A DNA stretch of 64,000 nucleotides, from NCBI GenBank assembly GCA_964199315.1, contig OZ116705.1, positions 27,838,001 to 27,902,000 on the forward strand. Reading direction: 5' to 3'. Made by a program: the position numbers and the translations under genes. Under the pieces are notes generated by a model. It did no database searches. It saw nothing but the letters and a program-made list of their open reading frames with translations, and had not been told where the DNA came from. This DNA comes from Orbicella franksi. Lineage: Eukaryota. Shown in pieces: positions 15,701 to 25,024 of this stretch (positions are counted from its first letter, which is position 1; every line of letters begins with the position of its first letter).

Positions 15701-18700
15701 ACTCTATTATTAAATACCTTTGGCTCCAATCCTGACATTTTTTCAAACTTCTTAAAGTCAAGGCTTGGTTTCTTGTTAAAATGTATGTAACAAAGTTTGG
15801 CTTTCTCCACAAGTGAAAACAAGAGGAAGGAGTCCGTCACAATTGCTGAAAACGAACAAAGGACTTAATCAACTGAATGTCAGGTACATGACTGTGTTCC
15901 ATGTAAAAATGACCAGACAATCAAACATGATATGAAAACATAAATTGTTAAAAATTAAACTAGTTACTTGCAATAACCAGTTTGATGCCTCAACTGACCA
16001 TCTCTTCAATTATATGCTATGGGTTAAAGTTGTGCATGAATTTTGTTTTCGTTTGTTTCAGATTGTGAGGTATAAGCAGAAGGAGTCACTGTGAAATAGA
16101 AGTTAAGTAAAGTGTGTTGCCTGGAAAAAAACCTGCCAATATATTGATGCAGATGTTGATTAATTAGCAGTTTAATATCAAGTGATACATAACAGGCTGC
16201 CAGCACACCTCCAACCTCTGCAGAGTTCAGATGCCCTGACTGTCGGCAAAATTGGCCTTTGGAGAATCTGAACATTACCAAGCAGACACTTTAGTACTTG
16301 ATATTGAGGGATTACCCACAATGACGACAACCATCATGTGCTACCCACCTTTGTTTATTGGATCAGGAACTTTTCCAGCTAAGCTTTTGTCAACTGAGAT
16401 TTTCTCAATATCCCCAGAAGACAAAGACACCAGGATGGAGATGAGGAATCCATTATTTAACAGCAACTGATGAAGAAAAAATTACAATTTTACACATTAA
16501 GCCCAGGCCAAATGGACTCAAAGTAGTAGCAAGTAGCTGCATGATGAATTTGTGTAGAGACTTGCATGCAAAGTAATGTCTGCATACAGGCCGAGTAGCT
16601 GATCAGGCCAGTGCTTATCTCTGGTTTTGGTAGCATGACGCAACTAGGAATATTTCTACTCTCCCTTGGATGGGATGCTACCATTAAATTTGCCGGTAAC
16701 CATTTATACACTTGGGTGGAGAGAGGCAGCATGAGAATAAAATTAATGGTCCTGGCAAGGGTTCGATCCCAGATGACTTAATTCAGAGTTAAGCACAGCA
16801 ACCACAAATGTCTTTGAAGTGTCCCAACTTCAAATCAATTCTACAACTCATGGGTTTTTAACTAAACATATCATTTTCACCTCAAAATGTGGTGCAATCC
16901 ACAGTAGGTGAAAAGATATTTGCAGTTGTCAAAGTTGGAAGTATTTATTAATAAAAATAGAGGCACTTTTGACAACAGATGTTAATATTGGAAACATAAT
17001 TATTATTATCTTCTACTGTGGGAGGTGACAGAGGCCGCTGGCTAGCTAGCTTGACTAAGCAAACTGGCAAAATGGAATTGCATCCATGGTACAGTAAATA
17101 CCTGAATATTTCTTAATGTTCTCCACCGAACGTCGAGGACTTTACAGTGCTGAAGCAACTCCTTCAAAGGAAAGAAAAACAGTTGGAATAAGAAAGATCA
17201 TATTGTCTATTCCCAAATTACATAATACTGACCCACTAACAGAGAGACCTTCTTTAAGAAGTAATATAGATCTTCTATTACTGTCAAGTGTTACCCTCCT
17301 TAAAAAGAAGTCTTACTTTCTTAGTACTTACTAATACATTTAGGAGGAACAACAAAATCCCTTAGCTTGCTAATCTTCAAGTATTTCTATTAATCCACAG
17401 TAAACACTATAATTTTACTTCTTGAAGGGATATTTTGCCAATGAGCTCTTAGGCTTGGCTAAATCTATATATTATCTTTTACATGTATTACTGTTGCGTG
17501 TTACCCTCCTTGCTCTCCTTAAATAAAGTCTTACTTACTTAGTACTTACTAATATATTTGGGAATAACAACAAAATGCCTTAGTTTACTAATCTTCAAGT
17601 ATTTCTGTTAATCCAGAGTAAACATTATAATTTTACTTCTTGAAGGGATATTTTGACAAATGGAAACTGGAAAGCAACACAGAACTAAAACACAAGCTGC
17701 AATAACAATAATGTGAGTAAAGAGTAATTGAAATAAAAAGTGAGTTTTCTGTCTACATGTTTTTATCGCGTTATGGATGATGAATGTAGAATCAACTTCA
17801 CTTGTTAAGACCTACTAGTAAGCTATATTCTTATTACCTAACTATTTTACGCTGTTGTGATGGAGGAAGGAGAACATAAGTATTGATGACACAAAATTAC
17901 ACACCTCACACTCCTTAAGTGTATCTCGCAACTTCTCAGGTCTACGGTTTTTTGGTGTCCATGAAACTCCCCTGTCCTCACCCCACAGTCTTCTTTGTTC
18001 ACAATACACCCCCTCTCCAGCAGAACCTGTTGCATTATTACATATACGTGACCACACTGAGAGCTTTATTCAAACAAATGCCGGGGTGACCAGGGTGGAA
18101 AATTGGCAGGGAGGGGGATGCTGAAAGGGTGGTAAGGGTGTGGCAGGGGTGGCCAGGGTGGCGATTACAATTTATTGATCATTTTAAACCACAAAATTAA
18201 TAGAGGCTAAATAAAATTAGAATTTTGGCCATTACAACAAATCTGTGCCAAAGTTGATATCTAAGAGATTAAGATTAAGGGATGGGGTAAAAGGTGTCCT
18301 TAAGATTATAAAAAATTGAAACATTAGAAGCTAAATAATTAAGTAATTCTTAGCTGTTCACATTACCACCCTTTACAGTGGTGGATCTAGGGGAGGGGTC
18401 CGGGGGGCCCAGCCCCCCCCCCCCCACCTTATTTTGGGTAAAAAAAAAATCACAGTTCTAAGGAAGAAAAGCTGGCAGGGCAAGCAAAAAAGCAACCCCC
18501 TCCCCCCCCCCCCCCAGCTCAAGGTCTGGATCTGCCACTGCTTTATCATCACTCACAAGAGTATAACAACAAAGTAGTTCAAAAGTACTAAAAAGTATCT
18601 TAAAATGTTACCTGTACCAGAAGCTTTGTCATGGTAGACATGAGTTCCAATATCACAATCTGCATTTTCGAGGAGAGAAGGGAAAGGCAAGTGAGATGAA

Positions 18701-20478
18701 CGTGCAGAATCTCCTAACAGGTCCCCATGTGATAATTGGGAAAATTTGATCATGATTCTACCAAACACTACTTTCATTCACAAGTGATAATGTGTTTCTT
18801 TTCTTTGTTATCATGGTCTATATGTTTACTTTTAACATGCATTAAACAAATTGATGCAAATTTAATTAAAGGATTGATTATAAGGTATATCCATACCTTT
18901 ACCACGGGTGGCTTTTTCAAATTCTGAGGGCAAGAGGGGTACTTTGAACTGGAAATCCAAAGGCATGGGGGGATACTTATGAATAGAATTCCGAGGGCAT
19001 GGGGGGTTTCTAGAGGGGACAGACAAGAGTGTGAATGAAAGAAAGAACTGATAACTCTTGATGACCCCGGAAAGCAGGATACAAGACAAGCATCAATCAG
19101 TCACACATGTGTTTGCTGCGTTCATTTACAAAAGAAAATCGATACAATCTGGGTGGTACATTGGGCTTCAGAGACCTTAAAGTTTACGAATTTCTTGTTA
19201 GATTAATTGACAGTTTGTGACAGACACCGACCCGCCAACTGACCCGCCATGTTTGCTCACTATACGCCAGTGGTATATATCCATAAAGAAACCACTGTAA
19301 TGGCGTCTGATTGAGTGAATGTTGTTCGTAATATTGAAGGTAACTTAGGCAGGATCTGCCCATGCATGTTCTAATTTCCATAGTAACTAACACACTAGTT
19401 TAGTTAAACTAGTTACAAACTTTTGCTTAAAAAGGAGAACATTTTAGTTACCGAACAAATGTTCAGTGAATGCTTGCAATCATATCAGTTGCAATTTTGA
19501 GCCCTGCAGACAGTTGTTCGATGGAAAGTTATTAGCAAAAACTTCTCGAAAGATGTAAAAGCATAAAATCTCTTTCATTGGAAGTCCTAGGGAGTCAAAC
19601 TAGGATTCCAGAGAATTGAAATAAGAAACATAAATCTGGAAGGGAGGGGGGTAATGACTTTGGAATTTCAGAAGGAAAGGGAGGGGTTAAAATGTTAATA
19701 CCCGTGGTATAGAGTATGGATATTTTCAATGTGGGTGTGCAGAGAAGTTTACAGGAGGTATACATGATTTGCTGCAAATCCACAGAGGCAGAGGCAAAAC
19801 TTGGAAGGAATGAACTCAGAACTCTGATTTAATGACAATAGCTGCTACTCAAGAATGAGTAATAAACAATTGCTGCTCTTCTCATTCGAAATGAGGCAAA
19901 TCAGCAATCCGTGTTGAACTGGTACTATTTTTGTCCCCGCTACATCCCTAGATCAGGTGCCCACGATGAGATGTAATATACCACTGCCGCTTATAAGCCC
20001 TGCTGCTTATACCCCCCCCCCCTCCCCAACCCCTGGTCATAGGCCCATCTACCTGTAAACCAAAAACCGCATCCCCTGAATATAAGCCCCCCTCTAGATT
20101 TCGAACCGGTTTTTTTAATCCGGTTATAAGCCCCGTCGGATATAAGCCCATCTAAAAGCCCTTACGAAATTGTATTAGCCGAGGGCTCATAAGCAACAGT
20201 TTACGGTACACGACAGAGATGATAAGACGCAAATTCTAGAAACGGTATCACAAATGAGCACTGTATTTCGTACAACGTTTGCTCTCCTGTTTTTTTTAAA
20301 TTCATCACTTGAGTGCCATGATAAAAGCGATCGCTTGTCAAATTCAAACAAAATCACAAACTTACGCTTATTTGTTTTTCATCCTGTGTAAATAACGTAT
20401 TACGAGTCTAAACTTACCAGCGATGGTCTTAAACTTCTTTAACGACCAAAAATGTAGGTGGCCAAGTAAACTGGCCAT
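408..20478 (-). CDS. WDPCP: WD repeat-containing and planar cell polarity effector protein Fritz homolog; 22 coding exons, about 707 codons traced, 3' end unresolved
   Basis: Exons joined at GT-AG sites stay in phase throughout. Peptides match vertebrate WDPCP as I recall it: HLHFWSLKK, WTPKNRRPEKLRDTLKE, EAWPWSPMSGEKDRANL, VRTECDP, DSCIYE, EDKLLLGCEDG, IFDMALAP, LGSFYAPSRPL...RRFFHHLLRYRRFEKAFLLAVDIGAKDLFMDIHYLA. Confidence 0.96.
739..1030 (-). mobile_element. tRNA-derived SINE copy
   Basis: Similar to copies at 8481, 15420 and 16573; the reverse strand has A/B-box-like head motifs. Confidence 0.8.
1735..1831 (-). CDS. WDPCP: WDPCP exon 21 (DIHYLASD..AEVAKQRAIQID)
   Basis: Homology and splice sites. 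Confidence 0.92.
2240..2455 (-). mobile_element. pogo/Tigger-type DDE transposase C-terminal fragment
   Basis: Minus frame reads SFKHCTLTIAMDGSEDLLIDHCLKPNQPCAAG, resembling pogo-family C-termini. Confidence 0.55.
2748..2811 (-). CDS. WDPCP: WDPCP exon 20 (YRRFEKAFLLAVDIGAKDLFM)
   Basis: Near-identical to the vertebrate motif. Confidence 0.93.
3127..3611. mobile_element. MITE with inverted termini (tagaattccga.agtaa / ttactttcggaattcta)
   Basis: Terminal inverted repeat and internal gttactttcgg repeats. Confidence 0.6.
4072..4195 (-). CDS. WDPCP: WDPCP exon 19 (LGSFYAP..RRFFHHLLR)
   Basis: Homology and splice sites. Confidence 0.93.
5403..5517 (-). CDS. WDPCP: WDPCP exon 18 (AVNFLNSMNWN..)
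   Basis: Homology and splice sites. Confidence 0.92.
6657..6762 (-). CDS. WDPCP: WDPCP exon 17 (GPLCLLRVELGVLTNGRLG..)
   Basis: Homology and splice sites. Confidence 0.9.
7130..7237 (-). CDS. WDPCP: WDPCP exon 16 (..HDNLLILFDR)
   Basis: Phase 2/2, splice sites. Confidence 0.85.
7340..7580. mobile_element. Second interspersed SINE-like repeat family
   Basis: ggagggagg.aaaccggag..aaaaaccct...gcgagaacc..caataaactcgacccacat pattern that I recognise as a cnidarian repeat. Confidence 0.55.
7710..7801 (-). CDS. WDPCP: WDPCP exon 15 (IFDMALAPVLIQLVAE..)
   Basis: Homology and splice sites. Confidence 0.9.
8481..8766 (-). mobile_element. tRNA-derived SINE copy
   Basis: Same family: TGGCCTCATGGTTAG ... 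GGTTCAAGCCC head, ATGCAGACTT tail. Confidence 0.85.
8944..9015 (-). CDS. WDPCP: WDPCP exon 14 (IPSVIQWHPGDAVVLVCSADGDIQ)
   Basis: WD-like repeat, splice sites. Confidence 0.9.
9405..9455 (-). CDS. WDPCP: WDPCP exon 13 (MLYDDHRRVTQMTKATL)
   Basis: Homology and splice sites. Confidence 0.88.
9992..10062 (-). CDS. WDPCP: WDPCP exon 12 (RNHAEDKLLLGCEDGML)
   Basis: Homology and splice sites. Confidence 0.9.
10230..10830. repeat. Foldback element with long degenerate inverted arms
   Basis: gtgcccataacgtcaaa vs ttgacattatgggcac; aaacgcaattttt vs aaaattgcgtttt. Confidence 0.55.
11140..11176 (-). CDS. WDPCP: WDPCP exon 11 (IEKVTTTTVPVK), 37 nt
   Basis: Small exon required to restore phase between its neighbours; CAG/GTATT sites. 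Confidence 0.75.
11674..11773 (-). CDS. WDPCP: WDPCP exon 10 (FNQPHHVLTLEQ..DSCIYEYNGTK)
   Basis: Homology and splice sites. Confidence 0.88.
11798..12260. mobile_element. Tc1/mariner-pogo type MITE
   Basis: TIRs cagtgaaacctgta / tacaggtttcactg. Confidence 0.7.
12410..12472 (-). CDS. WDPCP: WDPCP exon 9 (PKMEMLCYVRTECDPIHAAF)
   Basis: Homology, phase 2/2. Confidence 0.88.
   Translation of the reverse strand, partial: AKNGDVVLCQDRVRSYPCSI
12573..12690 (+). mobile_element. SINE 5' head fragment
   Basis: tRNA-like head followed by gtgttcttg.gcaagatgctttactctcaca. Confidence 0.55.
13206..13306 (-). CDS. WDPCP: WDPCP exon 8 (VWW..AWPWSPMSGEKDRANL)
   Basis: Highly conserved motif, splice sites. 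Confidence 0.92.
13583..13815. repeat. Long palindrome, probably the terminus of a Penelope-like element
   Basis: Arms gtgatcgtctgggtgagggtggttctgaaaagaactgttg / cagttctttcagaactaccctcacccgaacgatcac around a ctgaagatg core. Confidence 0.6.
13872..13949 (-). CDS. WDPCP: WDPCP exon 7 (TSFVDIPGPSSKRLNRHLSLN)
   Basis: Homology and splice sites. Confidence 0.88.
15420..15690 (-). mobile_element. tRNA-derived SINE copy
   Basis: Same family as 739 and 8481. Confidence 0.8.
15718..15845 (-). CDS. WDPCP: WDPCP exon 6 (AIVTDSFLLFS..)
   Basis: Homology and splice sites. Confidence 0.88.
16349..16466 (-). CDS. WDPCP: WDPCP exon 5 (LLLNNGFL..IEKISVDKSLAGK)
   Basis: Homology and splice sites. Confidence 0.88.
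16573..16805 (-). mobile_element. Degenerate SINE copy
   Basis: Same family body (gtctgcatac...catttatacac..ggagagaggc). Confidence 0.7.
17102..17161 (-). CDS. WDPCP: WDPCP exon 4 (ELLQHCKVLDVRWRTLRNIQ)
   Basis: AG/GT boundaries, phase 0/0. Confidence 0.85.
17255..17660. repeat. Tandem duplication of about 230 bp in a WDPCP intron
   Basis: Two copies of gtgttaccctcct...agtcttact...cttcttgaagggatattttg. Confidence 0.75.
17905..18026 (-). CDS. WDPCP: WDPCP exon 3 (..WTPKNRRPEKLRDTLKECE)
   Basis: Conserved motif, AG/GT boundaries. Confidence 0.9.
18376..18540. mobile_element. MITE (cagtggtggatctag ... ctggatctgccactg)
   Basis: Terminal inverted repeats, G/C runs inside. Confidence 0.7.
18612..18659 (-). 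CDS. WDPCP: WDPCP exon 2 (DCDIGTHVYHDKASGT)
   Basis: CAG acceptor, GTAAC donor, phase-consistent. Confidence 0.85.
20418..20478 (-). CDS. WDPCP: WDPCP exon 1 (MASLLGHLHFWSLKKFKTIA)
   Basis: ATG at 20478, donor GTAAGT, phase 1. Confidence 0.88.
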
Positions 20479-20792
20479 TTATCAAACCGACATAAGAATA
20501 TTTCAGCTCAACATTCCATGAGTCACGTACTCTGCCGTTTGTTGGCGGCCATATGTAATTTTTCTTTCTTTTTTTTTTTTTTTTTGGTAATATCTCCATG
20601 TATGTTACATATGTTGTCCTTTTGGCAGGCTTCCCTTGGGGTTCCTTGCAGAGGTATAGTATATGTCACATACATGAGGTCATCGCTATTTCTTTTAGTC
20701 TTGTTGATTAGCTCAACCTCGTTCCCAAGGAGAGGTTTCAGGTGACCTTCAGCTGGTTTTGCATTGTGTAAACATCATTTGCAAGAGTTATC
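20479..20792. promoter_or_regulatory. Probable bidirectional promoter between WDPCP and NCDN
   Basis: Divergent start codons 314 bp apart; no specific elements identified. Confidence 0.6.
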
Positions 20793-22116
20793 ATGAGCGA
20801 AGCGACGTGTAAATTCACTCCTCAAAGGAAAGAAAATCCCGAATCTTCGCTTCAAAAGTGTATTTCAGTTCTCAGAGCGGCGAAAAATGACACGGAACGG
20901 TTCGCCGCGCTACTTTTGGTCACTCAACTAGTTCATTCGAACGAGATAGATAGCCTGGGGCGAAGGCAGGTCTTTGATGCGATCGGTTTCAAGTTCATAA
21001 ATAGATTACTGAACACCAGAAATGTACCGAGCGATTGTCCTGCTCAAGTCTACAACTCGTTGGCGTTAACGATTCTTGCCTGTTTTTCCTCTGACGAAGA
21101 ACTCTGTGTACACCCTGAGATGGTAAAGAAGATACCGTTGTTTCTGGACGGCATTTCCAACTCGGCTGAAACTAGTGTGAGCGAAGCTAGCGTCGAAGAA
21201 TGTTTTCAAATTATCGCTTCGTTCGCTTGTAGTTCAACGGGGTGCAGACATTTAGTGGAAAATGGGGTATTTTCAACGCTTTCTCGAGTCGTCAGCGAAA
21301 ATAAAGACGAGAAATATGTCGAAAAAGCTCTGGAAACATTCCTTCGAATTCTAAACAATGACCCACGCGTGTTTTGGCAGGAACAAAGAGAGGTCCTCAT
21401 GGAAGCTTTGAATGGTTTAAGCCAAAGATTGAGCGAAGCACAGGACAACACAAAATTCGAACTGTGCAATTATCTGGTCCTTTTTCTATCTGGGGCAGAG
21501 AAATCTGTTTTTCAAGGAGGCGAGAACAGATGGCTGGCTGGCGTTTACAAAGGTTTGAACGATATTCTTCAATCAAGAATTTCGTCCGAACAAAGAAATC
21601 CTGCCATTATTTTGTTATCGGCTGTCATTGAGCTTGTCGGAATGGACTGGATGATTGAGTTTTCACGACAGCAGTCTCCAGGACTGTACATTTTAAGCCT
21701 GACAGTTGTCAGCGTTGAGATAAGGATGATTTTGGACGGAAAAACTGCGGCAGAGATTGTAAACAAAGCAACTCTACTGTGCAGCTGTTTCAATATCCTC
21801 GAAAAAGCAATTAACTTTGCCATTGTCAGTACAGGACAGTCACCAAACAACAGAAAATTACCAGCCATTGTTCTGGACGGTCTCCCAAAGGTTTACTCCT
21901 TAGCAACGGAGTCAGTCCACTCTATTGTTATGTTTATGGACCATGTGGCACAGGTGGGAAAAACAATAACTGGTCAAGAACGCCATGTGGTGCTTGCTTC
22001 AGTTCGAGTCCTTTGTGCTTGGATGGCAGAAGAAACTGCTGCCCTTCAAGATGGTATCTGCAGGCTGTTGCCATTTCTGTTGAAGCTAGGAAAGGAATCA
22101 CTAGAGGCTTCCAAAG
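20793..22116 (+). CDS. NCDN: Neurochondrin homolog, exon 1
   Basis: 444-codon ORF with NDTERFAALLLVT..FDAIGFKFINRLL and ASVRVLCAWMAEET motifs of the neurochondrin family; donor AAAG|GTATT. Confidence 0.9.
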
Positions 22117-22228
22117 GTATTAATTAATATTTTCCCTTTTGTGTGTCTGGAAGTGGTAAACTATTTTTTCATGTAGAAGATTTAACATCCACTGCTATCA
22201 TTTCAAGCTTTAACAAAATACAGTGTTT

Positions 22229-22590
22229 AAGGCCCCATCTACACTACACCAGAGAAATCTGAAAACACAGTTTTATTTCTATGGTTTGGCCTGTTGTCCA
22301 CACTAATCTATCATGAAAACAGAACTTTTCGAAACACTCTTCTAACCAGAGGAACTTGAAAATGCCAGCTTTACATTTTAGTGAGGATGGAAAACATTTT
22401 GAAAACGGAACTTTTCGAAAATGATAACATCAGAGTAATCAAGTGATTTCCCTACTGGAGTCTTCTAACACAAATCCAAAATGACCAGTGATTGTTGCGT
22501 AGTCAAATTTCTGCGGTGTACTGTGGACAGAAAACATTTGATGCATTTTCAGAGTGAAAATGCAGTTTTCAAATTTCTCTAGCATAGTAA
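22229..22590. mobile_element. MITE-like repeat in NCDN intron 1
   Basis: Starts aggccccatctacactacaccagagaaat; internal ttgaaaac repeats; inverted atttctctagcatag end. Confidence 0.5.
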
Positions 22591-24182
22591 GAAACAAAAC
22601 AATTCAGAGCCTGAAAACAGAAATTTCAAAACGTTCATGATCGTTGAACTTAAGATGCTGGGCGGTGGCTTTCTGTGGTTGACCTTTGATGTTGAGCAGC
22701 AAATTGAATTTTGTGCTTTGAACATAGTCAATTTTTTCGTTTGTAAAGTTATGACAAAGCCAGTTGGAGCATTATTTTTAAGAGAAATTAATGAAAAACA
22801 GTGAAGGTGACTGCAGCTTTCCAGGACACCACTAAATTATGTGCATTTTTTTCTTTTAATGTGTGGTAGATTTTTTTGCAAAAAGAAGGTCAGCAGCTAC
22901 TAAAAGAGAGACTGTGTTTTACATATGGTATCGTGCTTACACCACATGTGTTTGACCAGTTGACTTGTGACTGCTTTTGCAAATGCAGATGATAAACATT
23001 TTTTTGGTGCAAAATAGCTTTGTTTTAAGAGCTTGGTGTCAGGAATTCATTTGCATAGTCCTGTGTTTTTTGTAAGCTTTTGTGTCACCAGATTCTTTGT
23101 TTTAGTTTCCCGTTATGTACTTGTGATATTTATTTTGCATACTGTTTAATATTCAGCTTCAGTGTAATTGATTTCTTCAGTTTCAGTTTTTCAGTTTCTT
23201 TGTAGCTTTTTCTGAGATATAATTATTTTTGTACTATAAAAGTGTTTAGATGTATTAATCGCAACGAAAATGAAATTTTTGGAAGCAAACAAGGAATTTG
23301 TCTCAGCGTGTAGATTAAATTGACACAAGAATGGGAAATGCAGCTGACTTTGAATTCACACCAACCTCAGACTTCTGTGTTATTTGGATGTCTGTATTCC
23401 AGTGGTACAAGCCCAAAATATGTGAAATCTGGAAGGTTGCCAATTTTACCTTCTAGGCCTTAAAAACTGTCGTTAAAAGTTGAGCTCCACAGATTCAGCC
23501 AGGAAAAAAATGTGTTAAAATTGGAAAGATTTCCCTTGGAAACGCCAAAAAATTTGGCGAAATGAGTGCGAAAATGCAGTTGAAGCACTTTCTTTCGTGT
23601 CATTGGAGATTACAGTCAAACCAAGCAAAGCATATTCCTCAAGTTTGCAATACTGAATTGATTATTTGAATATTGCACCCACTAGTCATGCCAAGAATAT
23701 TTTTATGACTGATGGGTTCAATATTCAAATAATCAATTCATCATAGACCTTATCAAGGTTTCTTTGACACCATCTTGACAGGTAGGCAAAGCAGTCAGAT
23801 ATTACAGTGTTTGTATGGGAATCCGATGGCAAATAACTTTTTGCAAAATTGAATTTTACACAATTTGTGAATCACAATGTGAAAATACTAGGTGGAAGGT
23901 AGTATTCACCAACTTTGAAGGATGTAGCTTGGCTACAAGACACTCAGTTAATTTTTCTAATTTTCCATACATACATCTGTAAATTTGGCTGGGTAGATGC
24001 AGTTTGTTTGGAAAAAAATTACAGATAAATGTATGGAAAATTAGAAAATTGATTATGATGGAATCACTCTAAATGCTTAGTGATATGACAACTTTGTATA
24101 TACTTGCTTGTCATGGTCAACATGTTTGGCCTCTTAGTAATGTTGCTAGGTTATACAATATTTATTGTTTTCTCTTTTTCAG

Positions 24183-25024
24183 AACATCTTTTGGATGGAG
24201 GTGACAAAACGGAAATTTCACAATCGACTTGCACAGCTGTCAATGTAACTACCCCAAATGATGTGATGGGAGAAAGATTACGACATGAATTCGACATCAT
24301 GAGGTTTCTTCTACCACCCCTATGCCATCTCTCAGCCGATGAGAAAACACGCAAAATTCTCATTCAAAACAGAGGGCTGTTACTTCTCTCAGAGTACTTT
24401 TTTCATCAGTGGAAGATATGGCGTCAGCACATGAATGATGACATGGGTTTAGATGAGATAGAGATGTGCCTTGTTACATTGCTTGGCATTTTTTTGAACA
24501 TTGTCGTAACAGAGCCAGAACTTGTTACAAGTGATCACACATTCAAGGAGATTGGCCAGCACGCTATAACCTCTGCTTCTCAGTTACTTTCCTCAGAAGG
24601 GAATGTCGTCATTCTATTGAACCTTGTCGTACTTGGTCTAATGCTGATCCGAAACCACACAGAGTGCGGCAGTGTAGCTCTAGATTGTGTAGAGCTACCT
24701 GTTTTTTTGAAGGACTCCATCTATGTCTTGAAAGAGGCAAAGTGCTTCAACTGCAATGGAGACCTGCCACCCAGTTGCAAGAAAACCCCACTGGCTCTCA
24801 GATGTAAGGAAGCATGGGCAGATATTTCAGAGCTATGGCTTCTTGGGTTACAGGTTTTTTCAGTGTTGGCAAGTTCCTTACCTCTTGCTAGAGAGCTCTT
24901 CAAAGAAAGTGGCTGGACTGAGACAATTTCAGGCTTTTTAAACAGTACTGGTCAGGCAGAGGAACTTTCTGCTGATGAAAAGGACGTATTGGAGGATGTG
25001 CTCAGAAAGGTAAGTGATTTGTAG
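24183..25024 (+). CDS. NCDN: Neurochondrin homolog, exon 2
   Basis: TTTTTCAG acceptor in phase; DIMRFLLPPLCHL and WADISELWLLGLQ motifs; TAG at 25022-25024. Confidence 0.85.

Noticed and set aside
739-16805. Short ORFs and tRNA-like boxes (e.g. 936-1154, 8612-8815, 15341-15596, 16490-16732)
   Set aside because: They derive from SINE copies; the heads do not form complete tRNA cloverleaves.
20518-20745. 75-aa ORF between the two genes
   Set aside because: Poly-T-derived Phe run in promoter/UTR DNA; no homology.
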